DNA from: Blasia pusilla
Taxonomy: Eukaryota
Reading direction: 5' to 3'
Assembly: GCA_050084515.1 (NCBI GenBank)
Contig: CM114271.1
Coordinates: 49,848,001 to 49,912,000, forward strand
Length of the DNA stretch: 64,000 bases
In this document: positions 42,601 to 56,298 of the stretch, one piece after another
Numbering within the stretch: the first letter of the stretch is position 1
How the letters are laid out: each line of letters starts with the position of its first letter
Notes under the pieces: model-generated
Seen by the model: only the letters and a program-made list of their open reading frames with translations
What the model was told of the DNA's origin: nothing
The model's database searches: none
Program-made: the position numbers and the translations under genes

Positions 42601-45600
42601 ATCAAACAAAACTAATAAAAAATGGTACAAAAACTAAATCTCCAATGTTCTTCCTTTAGATGAATTTGGTTTTATCAAATATCTTATAAATCCATGAATT
42701 ACTAATCTAGTGTTATACCTTCAATTCATTCATGTTTTGTAAACCATATCAATGCACCAATACACTTATAATAGGAGGTATTTTAATTATGAGTTAAAGA
42801 GACATTTATTACACTTAAAAAATACTTGCAATAGACTCCCAAGGTACTTACAAATGAATCATAACTTTGCAACTAAATGAACTATGTCTATTTTATGAGT
42901 ATTCTACAAGAATTCACAAAATATTTGCAAGTAGCTAGCCATAAGATGTCCATGAAGAACTTGAAGAATGCTAGAAAACTCATTAAATGTACCTTGGGCT
43001 TTATACAACATTTCCACATGTTATTGCAAGAAGATCTTTGTTGTCAATCTTTCATCATGGAAAATTTTCTTTTTACAATTTTCGTAATTATTTTTTTACT
43101 CTTCTAGTGCATGATATGAAAAATTCCATGGTCTAGATTTCCTGTCCAAAATACTTCCAAATAAATATTTACATAGGAAATTTAAATGAACTCACATATA
43201 CTCATAAAATAGACTCCAAAATGCCAATTTTCTCAATGTAAAATTTTAGGATTATATTTCTTACTTGCAAAATCACGGGCTTATATGGTATCATATATAT
43301 TTGCCTCTCACTTTGCTATCAACCTTCTTGCATATTACTTATTGATTCACATAAGATTTGAAACTTGGAGATCTTTACTAATTATATTGAGTTGTAGCGG
43401 TTGGTTGTACATTTACTCTGGATTGTATCCAAGCTATGTATATGAATGATGTTTGAAGTAGAAGAAGGATTTATGAGAGTGTCTTGCTTACCAAGTTATT
43501 AGCTAGATTTTGGCAGCATAAATCCTCATTCTTATTATTTTTGAAGTTAATATAATGCTTACAATCAATATTATGCTCAAGTCCTAAAGTAATATTTCTA
43601 TGCTACGTTGCACTCAACACCTTATCCAAGTGAGGTGATGGATGCCAAAGAGTGGATATTTGTAGCCTACAGTATAGTGGAATCCTTCTCAATTGACCTT
43701 CTAACCCTTAACTTACTATATGAAGGTATGAGATAACATATAGATGATTGAGAGTATCTGCACACCATCATCTTTTCTTCTTATTTCTAGAGATCAATTC
43801 TACTCAAGAAATGTAGATATGTAACTTTGAGGGTCCATCAATCCAATGGGAAAAAAATCATTTGTATATGAAAATGGGTATTAAATTCTATTCTTTATGT
43901 ATATATAGAATATATTTGGGGATTTTTACATGACTGTATAAATATGTTGGTATGAAAGGATTGGGTGATTGTTCAATAGTTCCATGGATCTATGTTAATT
44001 TTAGATAAATAATTGAAGATACAAGGAAAATTCATTTGCGCAAGTACTAGCCCCAAAAATGTGAGTATGTTGTAACTACAAGGACTCCCTTCCCAAAACT
44101 TGAAGTGATACACATGCATGGCCATAATTGAGGATGAATTTGAGATGAAGAGAAAAAAATATTTAAAAAAAAATATTTTCATCACATGAAATATTTTAGA
44201 ACAAAATGATTCATTAAGAACATCATTCATTAAGGATCTTAGAATCTAGGATGCATAAAGGCAAATTTCATTTTATGATTGAGATAAGGATCTATGTGAA
44301 TCCTTTCTAGATGAGAGAAATTCTATGGCCATAAATATTTTTATGTGGAGACTAGTTGACTTGCCCTTGCGATGGAATAATTCCCCACCTTCTCATTTAA
44401 AAAAAAGAAATAAATATTCTTAACTTTAGTTTTGAAAAAACTTCATATCTTTTCCCCTTCTTGTTAACATGGGAGCATACCAACACTGTCATTTGGCAGC
44501 TTGAAAAAAAAAACTCAGTTTTCTAACATCATGCAACTTACACCTTTACATGGAGATCTTGGAATTTAAAAATAAACATTGAAAACAAAGATGCTCAAAT
44601 TATTGGCCCAAAAAAGTGCCAAATCAATGAAATAAAGCTAAAGACTAGTGAAAGAAAGACCTAATGATACTCAAGTGTGATCATTTGTAGCATCACATCT
44701 GAAAAAATCATTTTTAAATGAAGATTCTACAAAATTTTGCATCAAAACTAAATTCTATCCTAAACTTGGATTAAGCCTCTAACATGTGATCATATACCAA
44801 GATAACTTACTCATTCTAAGCAGAAGGTGTGGTAGCCATAAATGACATATACTTAAACAGTTGATAGCCAAAACAATATAGTTGTAAAAATAGCTAAAGA
44901 TAAAGGGTCTTCGAGGAATGTTGAGACGTCACATGGTCATGAGTGGATAGACAAAAGGATGACTAACTGATGATACCATGAATTTAATTGACAAGTGTCA
45001 TTGCCAAACTGAATTTCTTTTCATGCCCAAGAGAAGATATCCTAATAAGTCATACACCACATTAGTCACATGAAGCCATGACTCAACTAGCTATAGTAGT
45101 TGTCGTGCGCATACACATCGCTACACAGCATATATCGTTGTCACCGAACACACACACAAACACGGAAGATCCCATGCTAACTCATGGCATCCAAACAACG
45201 AGACAAGAAGAACTAAAATATCTCCAATAAAGTAAGATCCAATCTCTCTCTACACCATCTCACACCATAGCTTTCAAAGGTGTGCACTCTCTCTCATGTC
45301 AAACCAAACCCACTCTCCTAATGAGAGGCTTGGGTTACACTCACAAGACAAGGGACCATAGCTCCGGTGCCTCATGCCAAGAGGTTCAACAAAGAGAGAA
45401 TGAGCTCTCAAGCTCTCTCTCCTTGAGGTATACCCCTCCCCTCTCCCAAGCTCTCTCCATGGTAACCTATTCTCCCAAGTCACCTTCTTGGCTCTTGACC
45501 TGATGTAGGAGAATAAGGGCCACTTACCAAAAATAGAAATTTGATCATATACTCAAAATGGTACTTACCTAAAATAGTAAGTTCCTCAACATGGCTCCAA

Positions 45601-48600
45601 ATGAGCCGAAACGAAGGGGAAACCTGCTCTCTCAGGTTTCTCGGGCCTCAGCACGTCATCCTTGACCTATTGAGCGTGTCCTCCACTACTCACGAAGGCG
45701 CTCTACTAGATCTCACAGATCTATCCTATCTCACTTGACAACTGTCGTGCGCATACACATCGCTACACAACATACATCGCTGTCACCAAACACACACTCA
45801 AACACGCACGATCCCATGCTAACTCATGGCATCCAAACAACGAGACAAGAAGTACTAAAATATCTCCAATCGTCCCCCTAGCTGGTGGTTAAGTCCCTCT
45901 AGCTCCAGATAGCCATCTATCCCTACCTACCATGACATACATCTCTCGGACACTAAGAGCAAGAAAGCCGGGTGCTCATGTGGCCCCATCGTTAGTCGCC
46001 TTCCTATCATCCATGTCATATAAAAAGTTGGAATCGAAACCTACCTAGTATCTCCTCTATGTACATTTGGGACACATCCATCGTCCCCGAGGAACTCTAG
46101 TGAGAGGTGGCGTCAGACATGCCATATGCCAACCTCTCGAACATCCATCACACACTAGCATCGTGGCCACACCACGGACAGAACCACACAACATACAACG
46201 CAAGCCAGCAGGAACTACTGCTAAGCTCGGATCTACTGTACCATTAATGTTAGGAAGGGGATATGGCGCACAATTACGCACATGGTCCTTCCATACCATA
46301 CCATCGTGTCCCTCTAGCAAGAGAACACCGGATAGCAAAACGTCACGCACTCTCAGGATAGTGCGCCCTGTAGTCACATCCAACATCGTTGGTGCCGTCT
46401 GCTGCAAGTAGACATAATCTCCCCGATGAAACCTCAAGATAGTTGGTCGATAAGCACCACCCCAAATAGTCGCATACCTCAACATATCCCGATGCTGCGC
46501 AATCGCCAAGTTCTCGAACGCCATGGGCATCACTCTCCGAAACACCTCAACCCTCTGAGAACATGCTCGCATCCATACATGTGGATCATCAAGGTCTAGC
46601 ACCTCACTAGCATCTCGATGAATGGCCGTAGGTAAATCTGGCTCTCGGCCATAAAGTAGCAAGTACGGTGAAAAAGAAGCTAAGGATGTCTGCGTGCTGA
46701 ATCTGTTTACCTTCGCCAACCAGGGAAAATGGAGGTCCCAATCTCCTAGGTGACCTCTCTGCAAGCCAAACTTGCTTAAACCCCTCTTCACTGTCTGCAC
46801 AACTCTCTCCGCTAATCCATCCGCCTCGGGATGATCTCGCGAAGTCGTGCGATGGTCGATCAGCGCCTGATCACACAAGGCCTGGAACTCACCGTGAAAC
46901 TCGGTACCTTGGTCTATTAACACCTCAGCCGGTGCGCCATAATGACTCAACACTCTGTCAAGGAAGGCATAAGCTACTCCCTCACTCGCTTTGTCAGACA
47001 ATGCAACCAACTCGATCCACTTCGAGAAGTGCTCGACCATCATCAACACATAACGACTGTGACGCTCCGTCAAAGGCAAAGGTCTTGCAAAATCCAAACT
47101 CCATCTATACCCTAAGCCCATGATCGGTAATGGATGCAATTCTGGAGTCGGAGCATTGAACGATGCTCGGACCCGATCACACACCATGCACCTTGCAACA
47201 AACTGCTGAACGTTAGTCTGCATGCCTCGCCACCAATACTGAATCTGGAGCAAGCTGTACGTCCGCTTCACCCCAAAGTGACACAACTCCTCGTGGGCAT
47301 GCTGCACTAGTCATGCTCTCTACAAAGGATGCGGCACTACGCGTACTCTGCCATCCTCCCAAACCCTCAAAACGTGTGTCCCCTCCCAACGGAACCGTCT
47401 GGCCCGCTGTAGGATCCGATCCTGCTCTCTAGCACCCACAGTGCTCGCAACGCTGCCAGTACGAAGATACTCCAAGACTACTCCATCATCATGAATATCT
47501 CGACCATCTGTCATCTCCTCATTGGCCTCGGGATCCAAGGACTCTCCACTAGACCTCGCGATCAAAGTCTCCACACTCTGGCTCTCCATAGCCAACATGC
47601 CTAAATAGGTTGACGCGTGCCATCTTGGCACTGACTCCTCTTCACTCTCTCCATGCCATCGAGCTCCAATCGCATCTCGCTGACTCGGGCATGGGTTACG
47701 ACTCAACCCATCTGCATCCTGGTTGAGCGTCCCAGATCTATGTACCACCTGAAAATCATACTCCTGCAACAACAGAGCCCATCTTGCAAGCTTCCCTGTA
47801 AGCTTGTCGAACTACATCAACCACTTCAGTGGTTGATGATCAATGATGATGGTAAAGGGATTGCCCAATAAGTAACACCTGAAATGCACGACAGCCCACA
47901 CTGAAGCCAAGCACTCATCCTCATACGAGCTGTACTTTGCCTCTAGAGCATTGTTTGAGCGGCTAGCGTAAGCCACTACAAACTCTCTACCCTCATCATC
48001 ATGCTGGGTGAGCACCGCTCCAAGCCCAAACATGCTCCAATCTGTGTGCAATTGGAAAGGACGCCCCCCGATCGGTCTCCTCAAGATGGGCGCGGACGTC
48101 AACCTGTCCTTGAGCAACTAAAATGCTCCCTCCTACTCATTCCCTCAGTGCCACTTGTGATCCACCTTGGTCAGCAAGGTCAGCGGCTTTGCAATCAAAC
48201 TGAATCCCTTGACGTGCCCCCGATAGAAATTCGCCAATCCCATGAATGCGCAAACACGGCTCACATTTGTAGGGCGTGGAATGCATGAGATAGCCTCTAT
48301 CTTTGTCTGCTGAACACCAAGGCCCCTTGGGTATATCGTATGACCCAAGTACTCAATCTGGTCGTAGAAGAACTTGCACTTGCCTGGATGTAGCTTCAGC
48401 CCATGTAATTGCGATCGTCAAAACACCTCCTCTAGATGTTGCTCATGCTCCTCAACTGTGGCGCTGAAGACTACGATGCCATCAATATAACACCTAGCAA
48501 AATGTTGACCAGCCAAAATCCCACCCATGACCCTCTGAAACTCAGCCGGGGCGTTCTTTAACCCAAATGGTAAGAACCGCCACTAGTACAAACAATCCTT

Positions 48601-49474
48601 CCCGTGAGGATCGATGCCCCAAAATGCCGTCTTCTGCCTGTTCTCCAATCTTATAGGCAGCTGATGGTATCCGGCTCGCAAATCCAATGAACTGAAAACG
48701 TTTGCATGACCAATCGTATCAAAGATCTCCTCAGGGGTGGGCATGGTATACCTATCGGACTTCGTCTGCCGATTGATAGGTCGGTAATCCCCACACATCC
48801 GCCTATCCGTCTAGTTGCCATGCACATCCTTCTTGGTGGACATGACAATGGCAGATGCATACTCCCCATGCGACATCTCCACTAGTCTTGCTCCAACCAA
48901 GTCCTAGCTCCTACTGTGAATCAGAGCCCTCTCCATATCATTGTACCTGTAGGCTCGTCGAAAGATCGGCGTATCACTCGACAACTCAATGCGGATCCCC
49001 GGTCCCTTCAGCGTATCCAAATCCTCCATGCTAAACGCAAAGCAGCTCCTATAACTCCTGAGGAACTGATGTATTCGGCGCCGCTCTCCTCCTATCAACT
49101 TAGGGCCCATATCTGGCTCCCAAGTCTCCATCATGACTACGGTAGGACTCTCCGGCGCGAATATCGGTGGTTGCTATGGTGCAATAACACTCGACCGCTC
49201 TCCTACAGCCAACTGCAAACATTGATCTCCTCCACATGCAGTGCCCCGAACTACACTCGATGCTGTGGCTATCATCTCTTGGCGTACCTGCAAAACATCC
49301 CAAGAAGTCCAAGGGTATCTCTCTCGATCCCCTGGTGTGTCGATCTCCTCTGGTCTCGCCCCCAGCCACTGCCTCCACCGTCTCGATAGGCATGGGGCTC
49401 ACCAACGCAACCGCTGTGAGTAGTCGCGATCTCATCCGACGCTGCTCAGCCACTCCCAAGCTAAAGATCCATGA

Positions 49475-50392
49475 CAAGCAGTTCAGGTCCATTGCCTGAC
49501 CCAAGACATGGCGTTGTGATGCCTTTGATAGTGACGGTACTGCCGTCACTCCTGTGGGAAATCCCATTGTCCGCTCTCTCTTGTCGGCGTTGGGCTCCAC
49601 CAACCTCTGAACGTGGTCATCCCAAACCAAGCCAGGACCGGCCTCCTTGTATGCATAGGAAGCAGGAAAACTCTCAAAGGTGGGAAAGGCTGCCCGCGGC
49701 TTGCCTACCTTGTTGACCACAGTCAACCGTGGTCGATCATCGTGCCTCACTGCCTGTGAGCGAAGACCTGGATCCAGAATGGAATCCACTAACAAATGGG
49801 AGGGGCGCTTCACTCTCGCATACGCCCTCCGTAACACCGCATGGGCAAGTTGGTCCACCATAGACGCAGGCGATGGGCTCTAGAACCTACACTCGCCGCA
49901 TCCAAGAACACTGTTGGGCGATCCAGGCATGCACCTGATGAGCACTTGTCACCACCCATGACCTGGAGTCACCTAAGATGGGCACATTCTCCAGAATGTA
50001 GGCTGGAGAATAAGACTGGTGCTCCTGCAACTTCCGTAAGACCCTCAACATCTCCCAAAACAACCTGGATCGAGTACCAGCCAACCCGCTGCCTTGTCCA
50101 GCACTCAATTAGCCCTGACATGGCCAACCAAAAATGACCAAATCAATGGTCCCTACCCGCTCTAAGTCCAGCGCCCCCAACAACGAAATATCAGTCGATA
50201 GGGAACTCTGGTATCCGTGTACCGTGGACGTAGACAATAAGTCGGGAAAATATAGGCGTAATTGCGCCACATGTCGTAGTGAGACGCGCCTTGCAACATC
50301 ATCACTCTCCATATACAGGTACTGTTGTACTCGCACTCCTGCCTGCAAAACAACAGCTAACCAATGCTAATCCTTCCAAAGAGATCAAACAC
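49475..50392 (-). pseudogene. C5 cytosine DNA methyltransferase domain, second copy
   Basis: VFDLFGRISIG, YLYMESDD, IFGWPCQG, RSRLFWEMLRVL, YILENVP, RERTMGFPTGVT, RHVLGQAMDLNCL; frameshifted. Confidence 0.88.
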
Positions 50393-51310
50393 TCAAATAC
50401 CCTGCTCCGGGGTACACCACATAGTGGGTGTGCTATCCAAGGGTGTCATCGTAGCACTCCCTGCTACCTCGGGTTGCTCAGACCCGTCATGCTCCGGTGC
50501 AAACGCCTCGCTCCACGTGGTTTGCTTGTGCTCATCTGCCAATCGTCAAAGCTTCTCAATCGAGCCCCACAGCGACACCTCTCCTCCACGGAATGATGCG
50601 GCTACCATAACACTCCTCTCCATAGAAATGTCAGGAATGGGAGTATCCTCTGCATGCACATGTACCTCAATCAAATCACTAGGCCAAGTGATGGCACTGC
50701 TAAATGCTGCTAAGGTCGCCATCTCTCCTGGCCATTGCTCGATCACTGCACATGTGAATCGAATGGGTAATGAGCTAAGACGCCCATCATCTGACTGCTA
50801 TCGTGGTCGGTAGGACGCTGACTCCTCCGAGTAATCTAGGGAAAAACCTATCAGGTATAACACTGCTCCACCAACCAAGACGTCGTAGGACTCTGCATCA
50901 ATCACTATCGCCTTGGCTCACACCACGGACTCAACTGTAGGATGTCCCGGGCGAATCCTCACGACGACCTCCTGTCGGGTGATATACTGTGTGGTACTCG
51001 CTCCACCCAAGGATGTCTGTATCCGGAATGGACAACGCTCCACATCGGCTCTCGTCAAGCCCAATCCTCTGAATGACGCTTTCCCCAACATCAGGGGTTG
51101 CACTCCTAAATCCAACAAGACGCGCTGCGGACTAAGAGCTCTACCTTTGGGACTCATCAATTGGAAGACCTCTCGTCGGTTATCTAGCAACACAACACCA
51201 GGAGAAGCCATGGCACGCTCTATCGCGGGTCTAGCGGGTATCTCCGCTATCGTGTCGAGATCCTTTCTTCGAGTAAGGGCAGGCCTTCTAGCTGCGGTAG
51301 ACGCGGTCGA

Positions 51311-52513
51311 TGCAAGATCAACTCTCTGAGAAGATCTCTTTTTCAATATAAAATTATTATGTGTACTCTCCATTCTCTCACGACAGGTATCACAAATGGA
51401 AGTGCCGAGGCGATCACTTCTTTGTAACATCGGACCCCAAAATTCCTAACTATAAAATCCCTATAAACTATTTTATGCTTATATACGAGGAAGATAGCAC
51501 AACTAGTATTAAACCTTACTTGAGCAGGCCTATTGACGTCCATGGATCGCTATATAAGGACATACAAAGCACAATCCCATGTCCTTCCATATGTGACAAT
51601 AGGAACGATCACCGGAGTTGGAGATTGAATGACCTGGTTCATGAACGCCTCTCCAAAGTGATAAACTAAATAGCGAGTGAACCATTGCCTATCTACAAAG
51701 AGTATCTTGACATGGTATGGATTAAGGAAAGGAAAATTGGGCACAAGTCGTGCTCCATCCCTATCCATGCTTGACAGACATTCTCTACTCTCCTCAAGAA
51801 GGGGTTTTGGCGGAGTTATTATCCCAAGAGGGGTAATCCACTCTCATTGGGGAAGTAACAAGCCAAAACATTCATTATTTTAGTATGACTAAACTCCTCT
51901 AAGGTGAAAAACCTCTCATCTCCACACACACACACCACACTCTAGAAACCTCTCGAAGAATAAACCATGGTCAAGTTACTCTCCCAGTATGAGTGATCCA
52001 CTCTTATTGGAAAAGCAAGCAATCCCAAAGCCATACACTCAGGAGTGACAGGAGAGACTCAAGATTTGAAATAAAAGGTGATGAACCCTTGAAGGTCCCT
52101 CCTCTTTATATACTCATAAGGGATCCACAAGAGTACGAAATAGAGCTTATCTTATCTTGTGCCACATGGCTTCCTCTCAAGACTTAGCCAATCACATTTT
52201 GACACGAGTAGATTTTCTCTTATCTCTTCCAAAATATCCTCTTTTACCCTCTTGATATTTTCCAAATTATCCCAACTAACCTAGCCACCAACCAAAACTA
52301 CTTTTGCTTTTCATGAAAGCAACTATTTTATTTTTATAAAGTCATCTTTTATTTATTACCTCCTTTTCCTAAAGTTGGGCCCGCATAAAGAGGCACCATA
52401 AAGAGGTTTAAACATAAATTTTTCCTTTTTCTAAGCCAATTTACTTAATACTAATGAAACTCTATCTAACACTTAATGACGAAGGAATTTACATACTAGT
52501 TGATTTTACTATA
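51311..52513. mobile_element. About 1.2 kb AT-rich insertion nested in the gag-protease linker of copy 4; probable solo LTR of another family
   Basis: Abrupt composition change. CGA on both sides (51308-51310, 52514-52516); removing the insert and one CGA restores the frame between ORFs 52544-52759 and 50918-51430. Imperfect inverted ends TGCAAGATCAACT / AGTTGATTTTACT; TATA-like motif near 52107 on the minus strand. Confidence 0.7.
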
Positions 52514-55500
52514 CGACACCGCCATCCTAGCAGCCGCAGCCTGTCATGAATCTGATGTGGACGGCCCGAGCATCTGCTCCAAGGGCAGGTCTATCACCTC
52601 CTCTGCAATCATCTTTGAACGTGATGCAGGAACTCCAACTCCACGCTCACATAGCGTAGCGGCCAGCCGAAAAGCCTCGGCGGGCGTACCCCCAAACGTC
52701 ATAACATCGGAAGTGGAAAATAAAGGAGCGCGGTACACAATGGTGGCCGCTCCCAACAACGTGCTCGACAGATGCCCCTCCTGAGCATCAAAATATGAGT
52801 CGTCGCACTCGCTTCTCCCATTGCCCTCCGTGCTTGCACACCAACAACGCCACCAACTCTCCAGGAACTCTGATCAGGACCCATCGATGGGATCCTCATT
52901 GCCTCGGACAAGGTGAAAGACTGAGGAAGCCTAGTTTGTTTCCTGGCTTCCCCTCGCTGTTGATCCAACTCTGCAGCTGCTCCACGCATCACAAATGCGG
53001 TGGCCTCCATCTGGGCAACCCCGCACATCCAACCAGGATCCTCCATATCTCTGGATGCTCCATATGATGTCGATGCCACTGATCCCATGTCGGGTAATTT
53101 CAATGCCATAGTAGCAATCTGCTCATGTAGCTGATGTATCTGAACAACCATCCTAGCCTCACGCCCGGCATCTTCCTCGGCACGTCTAGGTGGTGGTACT
53201 CTACCTCCTCCACGGGCACCTCCACCACCCTGTCGGGAAACTCCAGCTCCTCGTCCCCCAGCGGGACAACCTAGTGCACGATCTCTAGCCCACCCGGACC
53301 GGCTACTCGCTCTGGTGCCCTCTCTGGCCCTCGGTCCGGACGTAACTCAGGATGTAAACTGAAACACCTGGCGCGTGTATAACCATACCTCCGACAAAAG
53401 TCACAGTGATAACCTCCTGGTGCAGCACCATCTCCTCCTCCATGCTGAGGCACACGTCTATGACTCTGACGAGTGCAATCGCGCTAATGATGGGCTCCAC
53501 CACATGACCAACAAGTAGTAGTAGGTGGCTGCTGTTGAGCCGCATATGAAGGTGCACGTCCCTGTGGCACGGCCTCCTAGTATCCTCCCTAAGCTTGTGG
53601 TACCACAGTCAACCTATCTCGGAGTCCACGTTGCTGCACAGGTAGTGCAGACAATCGTGATTGCTCTCGCCCAGAACCCATGGTGGCTATGCTATCCTCC
53701 GCCATGTTGCGCTCAATGTTCTCGGCGGTCCTGAAAAAATCTCTCAACGTAGGGGAGGTGTTCATAAGAAGCACCCCTCCCGCACCCGTGTCCGCAGGGT
53801 CCGATCCAGCATCGCGTACCATGACTGGTTAGCCTGAGCCTCTGTCACCCCCTGAGTGACGTTGACCAACCGGCGCAAGCAAGTGTAAGCCTCACGCAAA
53901 CTCTCACCCAGGCGCCTCTGGAAGTCGTGGATGCTCCGCAACTTCTCTGTCCGTACCCCCTGGTAGCTCGCCCTCAACTCAACAAAGAACTCAACCACAT
54001 GGTTGAACCTCGGACAAACCCGACTAGACGGTGCAACTGCTCCCGTGCGAGTGACTCCTCCTAAAACGTCACTAGTGGAATAGGAAGTAGCCTCTCTTGA
54101 CTCCTCCTCCTCATCTGGGAATGGCTCCGTCCATGACACATAATGTGGGTCATAGTAGAGCCTCCACGCCTCGATCTCACGTGCATATCTCTGAGAGAAC
54201 TCATGGTAATCGTCCATGGGCATCCCCTCTAAATGTTGGAACATACCGTTCCATGTTGTAAATCGGTTAAACTCTCTAGAGTTCCTGGCCTGCTGGGAGT
54301 CGCACCAACTCCTAAACTCTGCTATGAAATCGTGCAACTCAATCGTGTCTACTGCACCTGAAAACCTACGCGGTCCTCTACCCCGATCGTCCATCTCGTA
54401 CGCCCAACTGGTAGGACCACTCACAATGTGTGGCAATGTGCTCACAAACTCCTCTACATGCTCCTCCTCGTCTGAAGACGACACATAAGGAGATCGAGGT
54501 GGTCTCTCACGTTGAGACCCTCGAAACCTCGCACCACTCTGGGTAAACCCTCCAGAGCTACTCTCAGGTCCACTACCTCGACTCTCAAAATCTTGAAAGG
54601 ACGCCCTGTTGGCCCTCATGCCCCTCTCACACGATCACTCTCAACCTCGCAAGTAATCCCTCAATCTCTCATCCCAAACATGCGGCACTCGATCTACACT
54701 CTCCCTCCCCGAGACGTGTAACGTGCGGCAACAAGCGGCGTGGTGCGGCAAATCGACCATGCTATCATCTCATCGACAACCTACCCTCAACTCCGGACAT
54801 CCCACACAGGTCTATGTCCCCTAAACCACATACATAAATGATGCTCTCAGCATCCACACACCTAATATCCCCAAATAAACTACCCAAATCCCAGAATCCC
54901 TCACACGTGCAGGATAAAGGACCAGAATGGATAACCTGAACACATGTCGATGTAGCTCCTCAGCAACTGCAAATCTCGACCCCAACTCGGTCATGGAGAC
55001 AACTCCTCCAATCAGCAAGTCATACTCCTCCCGTACTGATGGTGCTTAAAACTCTTTGATGGACAGTGCGGTTCTAGCGGAACGGTGCGGCGTTGCAGGT
55101 GGGACGGAACGGCTACGAACGGCACGACCCTCGATGGTGGGATGCGGCACTCGGTGGCATACCCTCCTTAATCAATAATAAACCCACATTCTGCTCCACA
55201 ATGACGGTACGGCTCCGCGATCGAGACAGTGTGGTGCGGTCACGAGCGGAACGACGTGGCAATCGGTGGTACGTTGCGGCTACGGGCGTCACGGCACGGT
55301 ACTCGATCGCCGTCGAGCGGCTACCAATCACAACATAGCAGCATGAAATTAAAACTCAAACACCATAATCGGAGGTCATCTACCATCACTGGTTGATGAC
55401 GAAACTGCGATGACGGTGGCAGCCAAACCAAATTACGTAATGGCAACGCAAGTCAGAGAATCAACGGTGGTTGTGGAAGACCCTCCACTTTGTCATGGCG

Positions 55501-56282
55501 GCAATGGCAACCGAACGGTGGACAACGGCGAATGCAGCTTTGAACAACGCTGGGCAACGGCAACGGCAATGGTGGCTGGTGGACCGTTGACGGTGACGGT
55601 TGACCGTTGATGATGATGACGGACTGTTGACGGTGACGGTTTACCGTTGACATTGACGTTGACGATTGACCGTTGACAATGAAGGTTGATTGTTGATCGG
55701 TGACGGTGACTATGACGGCGACGGCCGCTGCCGGCGTGGCGGCTGGTTTAGGGTTTGAACAATTTAACCTTAAAAATCGCTTAGCAATGGCAGTTTTGCA
55801 AGATTGACTATAACTTTTTACTCGCAACTCCAAATTGCGCACTATTTGTTGCACAACGTGCACAACTTTACGATCTACAAAAATATTAAAAAAATATTTG
55901 GAATTAGACATTCTAGTAAAAACGAACGGGGACTATCGTAAAGCCCAATGTCTCTTTCTCCTACACAAAATTTGGCAGCGCTTCCGCGCTGATTTCTCCC
56001 AACCAAAATGTAAAACCTATAAAAATACAAATCAGCAAGCTACATAGTGCTCCCGAGAGCACCGACATGGAGCAACCCGCCCCCATAGTCAATCCCTATC
56101 AGAAATTGGGCAACGCTTTCACGCGCCACTCTTCCACACAAAAAATTGGCAAATGCAAAGAACAATCAAAGCATCCCTTGCTTCGGTGAGCACTTCCATG
56201 AGCTCCTGAATAGGGAACACGGTCCCCATCTTGAAAAAACAGCGAGTGACCAGCGAGCTCCCCCATGAAGCTCTCTCACTGT

Positions 56283-56298
56283 CTCATTCTGTCTTTGT
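56283..56298 (-). promoter_or_regulatory. Putative self-priming primer-binding site of copy 4
   Basis: Element-strand ACAAAGACAGAATGAG directly after A1 pairs at 15 of 16 positions with element-strand CTCATTCTCTCTTTGT at 56474-56459 inside A1. Confidence 0.72.

Larger units (their letters stand above)
46057..54619 (-). pseudogene. gag-pol of copy 4: Gag (53762-54619; two CCHC-like knuckles about 53360-53515), protease (about 50850-51125), DNMT (about 49475-50392), RT (about 48330-48850), RNase H (47760-48117), integrase-PHD (46057-47307)
   Basis: ORF-track fragments in collinear order. The integrase ORF has HHCC, DDE core (WSLDFA, LIDQGTEF, DGLAER) and a C4HC3 PHD. Confidence 0.93.

Noticed and set aside
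41200-45100. Short ORFs in an AT-rich stretch
   Set aside because: No recognisable motifs or consistent splice pattern; may be old TE debris but I cannot support a call.
45101-45870. B1-A2-B2 explained as a solo LTR inserted next to a truncated LTR, or as tandem elements
   Set aside because: The same junctions recur in three copies from two subfamilies, there is no TSD around A2-B2, and the TSD pairs B2 with the distant A1.
54700-56280. GC-rich region with ORFs (55093-55338, 55453-55911) and GTTGACGGTGACG repeats
   Set aside because: Lies in the 5' leader of copy 4; no protein motifs, and no visible counterpart in the leader of copy 2.
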